A stretch of DNA of 64,000 nucleotides, taken from the NCBI GenBank assembly GCA_016713905.1, contig JADJOE010000003.1:2071944-2135943 (forward strand), read 5' to 3'. Position numbers and translations under genes: made by a program. Source of the stretch: Candidatus Vicinibacter proximus (lineage in GTDB: Bacteria > Bacteroidota > Bacteroidia > Chitinophagales > Saprospiraceae). This document shows, in pieces, positions 1-9,712 of this stretch. Positions within the stretch are counted from its first letter, which is position 1. Each line of letters opens with the position of its first letter. The notes below the pieces were generated by a model, which did no database searches, was not told the DNA's origin, and saw only the letters and a list, made by a program, of their open reading frames with translations.

Positions 1-788
1 AAAAGTCCTTCATCAATATTTACCGGGGCCATCCCAAAAACAAACTCTCCATTTGCCTGTCGACCTATTGGCGAATAAGCCTCCCCTGTGCTTCCTACAC
101 CGATAGAATAAATTTTTATCTTATACACTTTCGCCAATTCTGCCGCGAGATCAGGACTAATCTCACCAGCATTATTTACTCCATCTGTGATCAAAATAAT
201 TACTTTACTGCTGGTAAGACTATCCTCTTTCAATCGATTTACCGCGGTCGATAATCCCATTCCAATCGCCGTCCCATCTTCCAGATAACCACATTCCAAC
301 TGGCCCAATAAATGATTTAAAACATTATGATCTACTGTTAAGGGACATTGGGTAAATCCTTCTCCTGAAAATCCTACCAATCCTATTCGGTCGTAAGATC
401 TCTTGTCAATAAAATCCTTTGCTACCAGTTTACTCACTTCCAGTCTGTTGGGATTAAAATCCTGCGACAACATGCTTGATGACAAATCCATCACTAAAAA
501 AATATCAATGCCATCTGCTTCAATTTTTTCTTCCCGCAATACCCATTGCGGTCTTGCCATGGCCAGGATAAAAAATGCAAGTGCCGCTATTTTGAAATAG
601 GGTAAGATATTTAACAGGAATACTTTCCAGCTTTTCCTTGCCGAAAAATGCATCAAGGTAGGAAAGATCAATTCCACATCCTGACTCTGCTGATTTCTTA
701 TTCTGCGAAGCCACAAAAATGGTAATATACCCAAGAGTAATAACATCCAGGGATTTTGCCATTCCAATTGACTGAACCAGTTAATCAT
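1..788 (-). CDS. batA: VWA-domain aerotolerance protein, BatA-like (C-terminus cut by window start)
   Basis: Absent from the ORF track because it runs off the edge. Hand translation of the minus strand from ATG 788-786 gives MINWFSQLEWQNPWMLLLLLGILPFLW..., with two N-terminal TM helices, MIDAS motif VMDLSSSM and ILITDGVNN. The start overlaps the stop of the upstream ORF in ATGA (785-788). Confidence 0.85.
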   Translation of the reverse strand, partial: MINWFSQLEWQNPWMLLLLGILPFLWLRRIRNQQSQDVELIFPTLMHFSARKSWKVFLLNILPYFKIAALAFFILAMARPQWVLREEKIEADGIDIFLVMDLSSSMLSQDFNPNRLEVSKLVAKDFIDKRSYDRIGLVGFSGEGFTQCPLTVDHNVLNHLLGQLECGYLEDGTAIGMGLSTAVNRLKEDSLTSSKVIILITDGVNNAGEISPDLAAELAKVYKIKIYSIGVGSTGEAYSPIGRQANGEFVFGMAPVNIDEGL

Positions 789-2095
789 AATTCCTTATAA
801 TTCAGAATGAGTTTGTGTTGTTTACTTATACCGAATATCCCCGATTGAATGAGTCTTTCTTTTTTCCAGAACGCCATGATCAATAAGAAAGGTAAAAACA
901 CTACGATAAAAGGCAATGCCAGTAAAATGAGCATTACCCTCAGCGTAGGATGCTTCGTCTGATCTACTATACTTCTGTGCCATCTGGATAATTGGCCCAC
1001 CTGCCTTTCATGCAACTGAACCCACTGTGCTGGCAAAGTGAAATAATTTTTCTGAACCATGTTTGAAATTAAAATTAAATCCCTTTGACCATAAGGACCA
1101 AATAATTCTAAAAGATTTGCAGGCACTTCTTCTTTCGGATTTTCGAATTGGGCTGACATCTCCACACCGAGGATTTTTTCAAAGGTATTTTTGTTTTGCA
1201 TATCCAAAATTCTACCAAGAAAATCATTGGACTCTATAAACAATCGCACAAAATCCAGATGGTTTTGATGTTTATTTAATTCCAGATGGAGGTTTGCAAA
1301 TTTAACCAAATCAATTTCTTTAAGAATAGTTTTAAATTCCTCCAGATGTTTAAAATCCAATTCTGAGTGTTGCATTTTTTCCATCAGCTCAGCTGTTGTA
1401 GATTCCATTGCCGGCAGATAGAAAGCTTCCGATACATACCTTCGCAAAATATCCGTCAAATGATCGTAATACAGTTTAACCTCGCCTCTTTGCCAAAGCT
1501 TTTGAGTACTTAGGTCTTCTAATTTTTTCAATGCTTTCTGGAGGGCTGTTTCTCGAACCCTGTACTCTATACTACCGGGTGTAATGCTGTCTGCTTTAAA
1601 AAATAAATACAACAGAAAAAGCATGCCCAACAAAACCAAAATACCTCCGATCAAATAATACGGTATATAATCCGGAGCCTCTGTTTCGATAATATCCTTA
1701 ATGGGTCTTAATTGCTGCAAACTGTCCGGCACAAAGGAAACATCTAATTGAAGTGGATTACTTACGGCAGAATCATTTTTATAATAAACTCTGAAAGCCG
1801 GAATAAGGTATTGTCCACTGTCAAATACTGTAAACCTAATTCTTCGCTCATAGGATTTATCCGAAAGCTGTTCCCATCTGCCTTTCTCCAGAATTTCCAT
1901 CCAGGAAATTGTATCCACGTAAGCCAGTGGATCTACTTGAAATTCAAGACTCGTACTTTTTTGTGTAAGTACTTGCTGATCTCCAATAAACATGGAAGTA
2001 GAATCAAGTGTCTGCTTAAAAATAAGCTGGGCAATCAGTGATTTACCCAATCCTGTCCACATAAAAATAAATACCAATAAAATCCTCATCCTCAT
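785..2095 (-). CDS. membrane protein of the MoxR/DUF58/VWA (Bat-type) operon, function unknown
   Basis: 436 aa with an N-terminal signal peptide, a central TM (YYLIGGILVLLGMLFLLYLFF) and a C-terminal TM (MLILLALPFIVVFLPFLLIMAF). It has 4-nt overlaps with both neighbours (2092-2095 and 785-788). Confidence 0.6.
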   Translation of the reverse strand: MRMRILLVFIFMWTGLGKSLIAQLIFKQTLDSTSMFIGDQQVLTQKSTSLEFQVDPLAYVDTISWMEILEKGRWEQLSDKSYERRIRFTVFDSGQYLIPAFRVYYKNDSAVSNPLQLDVSFVPDSLQQLRPIKDIIETEAPDYIPYYLIGGILVLLGMLFLLYLFFKADSITPGSIEYRVRETALQKALKKLEDLSTQKLWQRGEVKLYYDHLTDILRRYVSEAFYLPAMESTTAELMEKMQHSELDFKHLEEFKTILKEIDLVKFANLHLELNKHQNHLDFVRLFIESNDFLGRILDMQNKNTFEKILGVEMSAQFENPKEEVPANLLELFGPYGQRDLILISNMVQKNYFTLPAQWVQLHERQVGQLSRWHRSIVDQTKHPTLRVMLILLALPFIVVFLPFLLIMAFWKKERLIQSGIFGISKQHKLILNYKEL

Positions 2096-2961
2096 TTACT
2101 CCTCCTTTTGAAAAATTGTAACAAAGTGGATATATATGAATACCGGATGTCGATCGCAAGAAAATCTGCCTTGCTTCGCACAAACGATGATTTTGTCTTC
2201 AACTGATGCTCCCTTTGTGTTTGTTCATGACTCCGTAGCCATTCTATGTCGGAGGTATCGAAAGAAATTCTCGCTCCGCTTTCCGAATCTATCAAATGAA
2301 TGAGCCCAACTTTCTTCAATTGGATTTCCAATGGATCCAGAATTTGAATTCCAATCACATCATGTTTTTTGGCAACAATTCTGAGCGTGGTTTCTGGGAT
2401 GGAAAGCTGGAAATCAGACAATAAAAAACAGATGCATCGTTTATGCAATACCCCATTCAGATATTGAAGAGGAACATCCAGATTACTTGCAGTTTGTTGA
2501 TCCCGTGGAACAACAATCTCCCTTATGATTCTCAATATATGTTGTCTTCCTTTTTTTGGCGGAATATAGAGATGTACCTGATCACTAAATAAAATCAATC
2601 CTACTTTATCCTGATTTTGTGTAGCGGAGAAAGCCAATACTGCAGCAATTTCCGTAATCCATGCAGCCTTGGATTGTTCAGTCGAACCAAAGTAGGTGGA
2701 TTTACTCACATCAATCATCAGCATGAGTGTAAGTTCTCTTTCCTCTTCGTACACTTTTACAAAGGTCTGTCCTGCTCTGGCAGTGACATTCCAATCTATA
2801 TGACGCACATCATCTCCGGGAACATATTCCCTCACTTCAGAGAACGACATTCCTTTTCCTTTAAATACACTGTGATAGGCACCGGAAAAAATCTGCCTGC
2901 TCAAGCCCTTTGTCTTGATTTCAATCTGTCTTACTTTCTTTAAGAGTTCCTGTACTTCCAT
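2092..2961 (-). CDS. DUF58 domain protein
   Basis: 289 aa with the DUF58-type signature GDDVRHIDWNVTAR. It lies between a MoxR ATPase and VWA genes, as in Bat operons. Confidence 0.85.
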   Translation of the reverse strand: MEVQELLKKVRQIEIKTKGLSRQIFSGAYHSVFKGKGMSFSEVREYVPGDDVRHIDWNVTARAGQTFVKVYEEERELTLMLMIDVSKSTYFGSTEQSKAAWITEIAAVLAFSATQNQDKVGLILFSDQVHLYIPPKKGRQHILRIIREIVVPRDQQTASNLDVPLQYLNGVLHKRCICFLLSDFQLSIPETTLRIVAKKHDVIGIQILDPLEIQLKKVGLIHLIDSESGARISFDTSDIEWLRSHEQTQREHQLKTKSSFVRSKADFLAIDIRYSYISTLLQFFKRRSK

Positions 2962-2964
2962 AAA

Positions 2965-4287
2965 TTACCAAATTCTCTTCAAGGGTCCTGATCTTCTTAA
3001 TTTGTCCTGCACCTTGCTGTAAGGCAGAAAAATCTTATACTCCCCCCACACCGGATTGCGTTGTGTGGAAAAGCATATTCCTGTGGGAAGCAAGGTCCAG
3101 TTGCTGAATGGATCCAGTAGAATAAAATGATTCAATTTATCATTATTTGCTTCCAAATATTGATTCTTGGTTTCTTCCAGAAAACCGTGCAGAATATTTT
3201 CAAACTCTTCGTCCTTATCAAAAATATCGGCAAGCGTAATTGCATCTCCATTTCTCCTATTGAAATTCAAGGAAGAAAATTGTATGCCTTTTTGACCGGG
3301 CCATAAAATCTGAAATGTACCACTGATAAAAAAGTCATTGACCCAATCTAACTGAATACCTAAAGAATATACTTTGTGCATTTCCTGTGCAGCAGATGCC
3401 TCAGCAAAAACTTTTGTCAGCCAGGTTTGTGTAAACGCGGTCAGCCATTTAGTAAATGCTTTATCCTCCAGTGCAATCTTCTTCATATTAGCCGAAGTTT
3501 TGTCCTGTGTCAAATTGCTGCAGGTAAAATTTACTGCATTGACTACATTAAAAACCATATTACCTGGCAATAATGTGCTGTCCGGAATTAATCTGAATTG
3601 ACCCGGTTTATCAAATTTAATTTGTGCAAAAAATTTAGCAGCCTGATTGCATTGGTGTACACTCAATACCATCCATTCACAATTTACATCCTTGCAGTTT
3701 CCCTTAAACCAAAAAAGTGTAGAATCTGTGATGCAGCCAATATATCCTGAGACTCTTGCATCTTCGTAACATTGAAGATGTAAAAAATACTTACTGTCGG
3801 CGGTTCTATACTCACGGTAACTCAGACCAGGAGGACATTCAGAATTAATCATTGTGGTGCGTGGGGTTTGTTTCAACTGCAAGTGAAATCCCGAACTCTT
3901 ATCTTGCTTCAACACGTCTGCCTGCAGTATACTGTCTTTGTAAACCCCGATCAATTGACCCCACTGAACACCGGAGGTATCAGACAAAATACATTTCAAT
4001 TCTTCAGGGTTGTATTTTCCTTCCAAAATCAATTTTACTCCGGTATTCATGTTCTGTATGAACCCTTTCCATTCGTGCTGATCATTACCCAGCGTCAGAA
4101 TGATTTTGTGGCCAAGATTGTTATCACCGATATATTGGTTAATCCAAACACCATAATCTTTTACGAGAAAAAGATTTTTAACTTCTTCAATGCGTTGATC
4201 CGCCTGTGCATGCATGGAATGGGAAAACATACCCATACCAATGATTAGGCTAATGGAAAAAAATAATCTTTTTAAAGAAGTGCTCAT
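2965..4287 (-). CDS. secreted protein of unknown function (weak DUF3298/RsiV-like C-terminal region)
   Basis: 440 aa with signal peptide MSTSLKRLFFSISLIIGMGMFSHSMHAQ and a C-terminal ...WTLLPTGICFSTQ...YKIFLPYSKV pattern. There is a 3-nt gap to the DUF58 gene and a 26-nt gap from moxR. Confidence 0.55.
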   Translation of the reverse strand: MSTSLKRLFFSISLIIGMGMFSHSMHAQADQRIEEVKNLFLVKDYGVWINQYIGDNNLGHKIILTLGNDQHEWKGFIQNMNTGVKLILEGKYNPEELKCILSDTSGVQWGQLIGVYKDSILQADVLKQDKSSGFHLQLKQTPRTTMINSECPPGLSYREYRTADSKYFLHLQCYEDARVSGYIGCITDSTLFWFKGNCKDVNCEWMVLSVHQCNQAAKFFAQIKFDKPGQFRLIPDSTLLPGNMVFNVVNAVNFTCSNLTQDKTSANMKKIALEDKAFTKWLTAFTQTWLTKVFAEASAAQEMHKVYSLGIQLDWVNDFFISGTFQILWPGQKGIQFSSLNFNRRNGDAITLADIFDKDEEFENILHGFLEETKNQYLEANNDKLNHFILLDPFSNWTLLPTGICFSTQRNPVWGEYKIFLPYSKVQDKLRRSGPLKRIW

Positions 4288-4313
4288 GATTTGCTAAGTA
4301 ACTTTTGAGGATA

Positions 4314-5312
4314 CTATGGCACTTCCACCTTAGAGAGAATGCGTGAAATTATATTTTCCTGATTGATATTCTCCGCTTCTGCTTCATAACTTAAGCCAAT
4401 GCGATGTCTGAGTATGTCTTTGACCACATTCTGAATATCATCAGGAATGACAAATCCTCTCCGGTTAAGAAATGCATTTGCTTTGGCAGCTTGGGCGAGA
4501 AAAATACTTGCGCGCGGGGATGCACCATAATTGATCAAAGGAATCAGATCGGCCAACTTATAATCTCCCGGATTACGCGTGGCAAAAATTAAATTCAGTA
4601 TATACTTTTCAATTCGCTCATCCAGATAAATTTTATTTACTGATTGCCTTGCTTTTAAGATATCAGAAACGTGAATCACCGGTTTAATTTCTTTGTGAAT
4701 CTCTCCATTCAAATTCCTTCGCATGATTTCACGCTCCTCTTCCATGTTTGGATAGCCTACGACCACTTTCATCATAAAACGGTCCACCTGAGCTTCCGGC
4801 AATGGATAAGTGCCCTCCTGCTCGATTGGATTTTGAGTTGCCAACACCAAAAATGGCTCTTCCAGTTTGTAGCTCTCCTTTCCTATCGTGACCTGTCTTT
4901 CCTGCATGGCTTCCAACAATGCCGACTGAACTTTTGCCGGAGCCCTGTTTATCTCATCGGCAAGGACGAAATTGGCGAATACAGGGCCTCTGCGTACAGA
5001 GAAGTTATGATCCGCCGGATTGTATATCAAAGTCCCAATGATGTCCGCAGGAAGCAGATCGGGTGTGAACTGGATACGGCTAAAACTGGCGTCTATTGAA
5101 CTGGCAAGGGTCTTTATGGCAAGAGTTTTTGCCAATCCCGGGAATCCTTCGAGCAAAATATGTCCGCGGGTCAGCAATCCCAGCATCATGCGGTTCATCA
5201 TGTGCTTTTGTCCGACAATAACCGAACTGTGCATTTCCAACAAGCCATCCAAGAATCCGCTTTCTATACCAATTTGTTGATTAAGAGCTTCAATATCAAT
5301 ATATTGCGACAT
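4314..5312 (-). CDS. moxR: MoxR-family AAA+ ATPase
   Basis: 332 aa with Walker A GFPGLAKT and Walker B VLADEINRAP. Length and C-terminal lid are typical of MoxR. Confidence 0.95.
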   Translation of the reverse strand: MSQYIDIEALNQQIGIESGFLDGLLEMHSSVIVGQKHMMNRMMLGLLTRGHILLEGFPGLAKTLAIKTLASSIDASFSRIQFTPDLLPADIIGTLIYNPADHNFSVRRGPVFANFVLADEINRAPAKVQSALLEAMQERQVTIGKESYKLEEPFLVLATQNPIEQEGTYPLPEAQVDRFMMKVVVGYPNMEEEREIMRRNLNGEIHKEIKPVIHVSDILKARQSVNKIYLDERIEKYILNLIFATRNPGDYKLADLIPLINYGASPRASIFLAQAAKANAFLNRRGFVIPDDIQNVVKDILRHRIGLSYEAEAENINQENIISRILSKVEVP

Positions 5313-5381
5313 AAATATTAAATTTTTTATTAAATTAGTGTCCGATTTACAGACATTTGCGCCAGCAAACCGTTAATCAAG

Positions 5382-6080
5382 ATGTTAAACAACGCAAAAT
5401 TAGTTGTGTTTCGATATATCTACTTAAGCATTTTACTTAGTCTTAACATCTGGCAGCTACAAGGCCAACAAAAAGCCAATTTCATCAATGGATATGATCT
5501 GATTAATCAATTGCATGATGGACAATTACTGGTAAGACTAAAAAGTCACCACAACAAATTAACCGCTTTGCAAGGTGAATTGGATTCTACTTCCAAAAAT
5601 ATAAAATACCAACAAAGGGTTCAAAAAGAAATCCATTATTTAATGGCCGAAAGAGATTCATTCAATAAAAATTTAATCCTGGCCATGCAATCAAATTTTA
5701 AATTTTGTCCGGTATTTTATTTTTATGATAAAGATTTTCCGGAACTCAAGAAAAGCAATTTTACCTCCAGCCTTTATCTGGATTCTACCCTGGAAGCGAA
5801 ACAAAATATTAATCTTGTCGGAGATGTGCAGGTTATTATGGCAGTTGGAGAAACCAAGGAACAGGGTTTAGAGGCCTTCATTTTTATGAATAAATATGGC
5901 AACAAATTACCCCCTCCTTTCCCCTCATATCTGCGTTTGAATTCATTGGTACCCGTTCTGAATGGATTGTTTTATGACAATCATTATGCATTGGACGCTG
6001 CATACTACAGTAAAAAATTACAAAAGAAATTTTCTAAACTTTATAAAAAAGCGAGCATCAGGGAAATTGAGGAGGAATGA
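5382..6080 (+). CDS. hypothetical secreted protein
   Basis: 232-aa ORF with a hydrophobic N-terminus (IYLSILLSLNIWQLQGQ). I recognise no motif. Confidence 0.5.
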   Translation: MLNNAKLVVFRYIYLSILLSLNIWQLQGQQKANFINGYDLINQLHDGQLLVRLKSHHNKLTALQGELDSTSKNIKYQQRVQKEIHYLMAERDSFNKNLILAMQSNFKFCPVFYFYDKDFPELKKSNFTSSLYLDSTLEAKQNINLVGDVQVIMAVGETKEQGLEAFIFMNKYGNKLPPPFPSYLRLNSLVPVLNGLFYDNHYALDAAYYSKKLQKKFSKLYKKASIREIEEE

Positions 6081-6156
6081 TAGTTTAGTATGCTTTAATA
6101 AAAATCTTCCTCGACAAAATATTCTACCTCACTTAAAAAAATTCAAGAGCGACACG

Positions 6157-6720
6157 CTAAACTATACGGATAAGTGAATAAATCTCTGAGTCCAGAAATT
6201 TTCCGTTGTAAAAATAGTTTTCACGAAAATAGGCTTCTTTTATAAAACCATTTTTGATCAATAAATTTCGTGAACGATCATTGAATGGATTGATGTTGGC
6301 TTCGATAGAGTGAACATGCATCTGATTAAATGCAAAATCCAGAACAGTCTGTAAAGCTTCTGATACCAAACCCTTACCCTGATGTTTGGTTTGCAGCATA
6401 TAACCTACTTCCGTTCTGTAATTGGGTTTATCTATTCTCCAAAATCCAATCGTTCCAATTAATTTTAAATCTTCTTTTAAAGTGATGCCCCAATTGATAC
6501 CATTTCCAAGCAACCGGTCTGCTTCGATCTGTCTGATCATTGCCTTTGCTTCGGCTGCACTTTTCATCATTGGTTTGTCAATGTATTTCATCACCTCCGG
6601 ATCAGATCTCATTTGGAAAAAATATTTTGCGTCTGCGGGTAATATTTTCCTCAATCTTAAGCGGGAAGATTCCAGAACAGGAAAGGGTTCAAAATTTAGA
6701 TTCAGTGATTTAACTTTCAT
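6157..6720 (-). CDS. GNAT family N-acetyltransferase (RimJ/RimL-like)
   Basis: 187 aa with an acetyl-CoA binding region (QTKHQGKGLVSEAL). The overall pattern matches ribosomal-protein-type acetyltransferases. Confidence 0.85.
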   Translation of the reverse strand: MKVKSLNLNFEPFPVLESSRLRLRKILPADAKYFFQMRSDPEVMKYIDKPMMKSAAEAKAMIRQIEADRLLGNGINWGITLKEDLKLIGTIGFWRIDKPNYRTEVGYMLQTKHQGKGLVSEALQTVLDFAFNQMHVHSIEANINPFNDRSRNLLIKNGFIKEAYFRENYFYNGKFLDSEIYSLIRIV

Positions 6721-6902
6721 TGGTTATTAAAGGTATTTAATATTTTTAAATCCAAGCATTACACTTTTTGAATACAAGAAAAAAGACTTAAATATGCGCA
6801 TGAATTCTGTTGAACATCACAAAGTAAAATTTTGAAAGCGCATTTATTTTTATAGAGATTGACTTTTGGTAATACCCCAGTGCCCATTGCTCCATAATGA
6901 CA

Positions 6903-6932
6903 AAAACCCTTCTATCATTATAGAAGGGTTTT
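6903..6932. terminator. bidirectional hairpin terminator candidate
   Basis: AAAACCCTTCTAT / ATAGAAGGGTTTT form a 13-bp stem with a 4-nt loop. A-run and T-run flanks lie in the gap downstream of the beta-barrel gene (7020..8057). Confidence 0.5.
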
Positions 6933-7019
6933 AAATGTTAAGCTAAACTGACCAAGTTTAACCCGTACAAATTAGTTCATGGGGGTTAAAGGTCCTTTCG
7001 CTTAGGTGGGTGGGACATT

Positions 7020-8057
7020 TTATCGTTTGATGTCTTTCAATGAAAAACTGTAGTTTATCATGACAAATGGTTCTGTGTATTTGGCCGCTCCTCTTCCCCA
7101 AACCCAGTATCCGATTCCTCCGGTTATACTTAATTTGTTGTAAAATTTTAATTCGAGGTTGTAATAAGTCCTGAGCGTTTTACTGTTGTTGAAGTAGAAA
7201 TTTTTTCTGCCATTGAAATAAAATCGATCCGTGAGATCCGGAGTTCCTCCATTTCCCATTCCGCCGATGTAATCCACAAATACGTTGGGACAAATTGAAA
7301 AATTCTTGGTAATCGGGAAAGTATATCCTCCTGCGACAGCAACAATTAATTGGTCTGCAAAAGCACCCTGTCTAAAGTTATACCCAACCTGTCCCCTGAT
7401 AAAAGATCTGTATTTTTTATCCAGGTTACCCCCTATGTGGTAATTGATGCCAAAATCTCTTTTCAGCAATCCCCTCCACTCTCCGCTGGGTTCAACTACC
7501 GTATCCTGACCATTGATTTCATAGGTGAATCTGCTGTAATTGTCACCCTTTTCGTCATATAAATCCGGAAAGCGAGTGTTGACTTCCAAAGCCATTGGAA
7601 TTTTTACAGGAAACTGATATTTAACCCTCAACCAGGAGTCTGTAAACCCACGGTTAATCTCCCATTCAGGTTCCGCCAATCGGATGGATGTTCCTGGAAT
7701 TTTGCCAGGGTGAGAGGTGGTTCTCTCCCAACCATCCAACCAACAAATCAAGGCAGAAACTTCAAATCCCCAGCCCAATCCAATTCTTGGTTCGAAAAAA
7801 ACATATCTGAAATCATGAAATTTACCATCAATCAATGGTGGTCCTTCCTGCAATGAATCTGCAGTCCAGGTATCGTCCTCGCCGGAAGCTGTACCCTTGG
7901 TATCAATGGATGTTGGGTACCAACGTTTACCGGCTGTCTTGCGGCTATAGCCCAAACCAAAATTGAATTCTCCTTTTGGCAAAGACCAGGGAGATTGTGC
8001 AAAACTGTCCTGAAGAAAAAGAAAGGCACAAATGATGATGAGAAATTTACATTTCAT
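7020..8057 (-). CDS. predicted outer-membrane beta-barrel protein
   Basis: 345 aa with signal peptide MKCKFLIIICAFLFLQDSFAQ and alternating aromatic/Gly-rich strands. It lies 2 nt downstream of the haloperoxidase-like gene. Confidence 0.5.
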   Translation of the reverse strand: MKCKFLIIICAFLFLQDSFAQSPWSLPKGEFNFGLGYSRKTAGKRWYPTSIDTKGTASGEDDTWTADSLQEGPPLIDGKFHDFRYVFFEPRIGLGWGFEVSALICWLDGWERTTSHPGKIPGTSIRLAEPEWEINRGFTDSWLRVKYQFPVKIPMALEVNTRFPDLYDEKGDNYSRFTYEINGQDTVVEPSGEWRGLLKRDFGINYHIGGNLDKKYRSFIRGQVGYNFRQGAFADQLIVAVAGGYTFPITKNFSICPNVFVDYIGGMGNGGTPDLTDRFYFNGRKNFYFNNSKTLRTYYNLELKFYNKLSITGGIGYWVWGRGAAKYTEPFVMINYSFSLKDIKR

Positions 8058-8059
8058 TT

Positions 8060-9538
8060 TTATGATTTGATTTTAATAGTTCCTTCGAAGTATTTTTTAT
8101 ACACATCCTTCCAAAGATATTGGGCGATGTCTCGACCCATCTTTAGACCGGCAACGTTGTCTGCTTGTATGTGGTATCCTCCCATAACCCTTGAAATACC
8201 CGCCATGTCTGCAGTGGCTGTAAACGTTTCCAATGGCAGTGACACCGGATCGCCCGGAGTCTCGGTAATAATTCCTGGTTTTCTGATTTCCTTTTCTCCA
8301 AATTTATCGCTACCGGTAAACAATTCCAGCATTTTGGCACAAGCTCCACTGACGGTGCTGTGGCCTGAAACGTAGGCAGGAAATGGCGGAGAAACAAAAT
8401 TGGCCGGAGAATACGGATGCCATCTTTCTGCAGGCATTTCTATTGTTCCTTTGTCCGGTCCACCCCATCCTCTGATTTTTTCACCTTTGTGGTAATGTCT
8501 GACCAATGTCCATGGCCTGGAACTGTCGTAATATCTTTTGGTTTCCCAGCAGGCAATGAAAGCATCCATGGCGGTAGTTCCTACCACAAAAAACATCTTC
8601 ACATCACGATCTAAATCGTTTTTATCTCTCTTAGAAACCATTTGAGCAAACTGCAACCAATGACCGGCTTGTCCGGTGGAACGCGGCCCGTCACGCATGA
8701 ATTCTATGATGGCTTTTCTTTCAGGGGTAAGGTTGGAATTGAAATCAATGACTTCCTGAACTTCTTTTGCCAGTTGGTCAGATCCAACTTTAGGATATTC
8801 TGGAGCTCTGAACTGAGCAGAAGATTCTAGTCCGAATGGTTTTACCCGATACCAATGGGGGGTTAGGAAATTTACTAAAAAGGTGTCTCCTTTTGCATCC
8901 ACAAAAGGCAGCGGGTGCCATCTGTCCGGGTTAATAACTTTTTTGTACGTATTTACCGGCTGGTAATAAGTATAATCAGAATAAGCTACCCGACTGCATC
9001 CTATCTCATCGCCATGTTGATTCGCGCCATCGTTTCTGCGGTAATCAATAAGCGCTTTAGCGACCTTATTGCCTACCCCCTCAGCCGTCTTAGGATCTGT
9101 GGAAGTATTTTTGGGATTGTATCCTGCCTTAGTAAATTCTTTGGTCAGGTAGTCTTTATCAGCAGGGTAAACATCCAGTAACACCCTGAAAATAGCATAA
9201 GCAATAGCCGTTTCTTTATTCTTTTTGGTACGTTCAGCCTTAGGGCGTCTTAAGCTGGTGCCAAATCTTGAACCGGCTGCTTTGTCGTCATAGGCTGCCC
9301 ATGCATCGTACATGGCTGTAGTGGCAATCCCCAGTGACCTGGACTGGATGGTCGGACGGGCACCCACACGGTCCACATCATTGGCAGTAGCCTCCAGAGC
9401 CACACTTAACCATTTGTATGCAGCGGAGGGTTTGAATTCTTTGTCAAACTGACTGAAGCCGGTCTGAAGACAGATGGCAATCAGGAAAATCGGTAAGGTT
9501 TTTTTCAACAGCCCTAACAGGCTTGATTTAGTTTTCAT
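8060..9538 (-). CDS. vanadium-dependent haloperoxidase / PAP2-superfamily protein
   Basis: All three PAP2/VHPO motifs are present: KRYYDSSRP (KxxxxxxRP), PAYVSGHS (SGH) and SRVMGGYHIQAD (SRxxxxxHxxxD). I prefer the internal start MKTKSSLL at 9538, which precedes a signal peptide, over the track start at 9613. Confidence 0.75.
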   Translation of the reverse strand: MKTKSSLLGLLKKTLPIFLIAICLQTGFSQFDKEFKPSAAYKWLSVALEATANDVDRVGARPTIQSRSLGIATTAMYDAWAAYDDKAAGSRFGTSLRRPKAERTKKNKETAIAYAIFRVLLDVYPADKDYLTKEFTKAGYNPKNTSTDPKTAEGVGNKVAKALIDYRRNDGANQHGDEIGCSRVAYSDYTYYQPVNTYKKVINPDRWHPLPFVDAKGDTFLVNFLTPHWYRVKPFGLESSAQFRAPEYPKVGSDQLAKEVQEVIDFNSNLTPERKAIIEFMRDGPRSTGQAGHWLQFAQMVSKRDKNDLDRDVKMFFVVGTTAMDAFIACWETKRYYDSSRPWTLVRHYHKGEKIRGWGGPDKGTIEMPAERWHPYSPANFVSPPFPAYVSGHSTVSGACAKMLELFTGSDKFGEKEIRKPGIITETPGDPVSLPLETFTATADMAGISRVMGGYHIQADNVAGLKMGRDIAQYLWKDVYKKYFEGTIKIKS

Positions 9539-9712
9539 GATATTAGTTTTTGAGTAAGCATATAATTTCAAGGGCCGAAAATAGCCATGCAAACAACGAA
9601 GGCTGTTGTACAATCCACCAAAATGGCTCGATAATTGATGAGTGAAGGTTTATAATGGACGAATAAAATCAAGCCGGCGTTTTTCCGGATTGGCTTTTCA
9701 AGATTAAAGCCC

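Noticed and set aside
520-762. 80-aa minus-strand ORF from the track
   Set aside because: It lies in a different frame inside the BatA-like gene, whose own frame carries clear VWA/MIDAS motifs from 788 down to the window edge. It is a shadow ORF.
9539-9613. N-terminal extensions of several track ORFs (also 27278-27400, 53688-53831, 51691-51738, 59495-59545)
   Set aside because: In each case an internal Met is immediately followed by a signal peptide or lipobox, and the extension overlaps a neighbouring feature. I preferred the internal starts.
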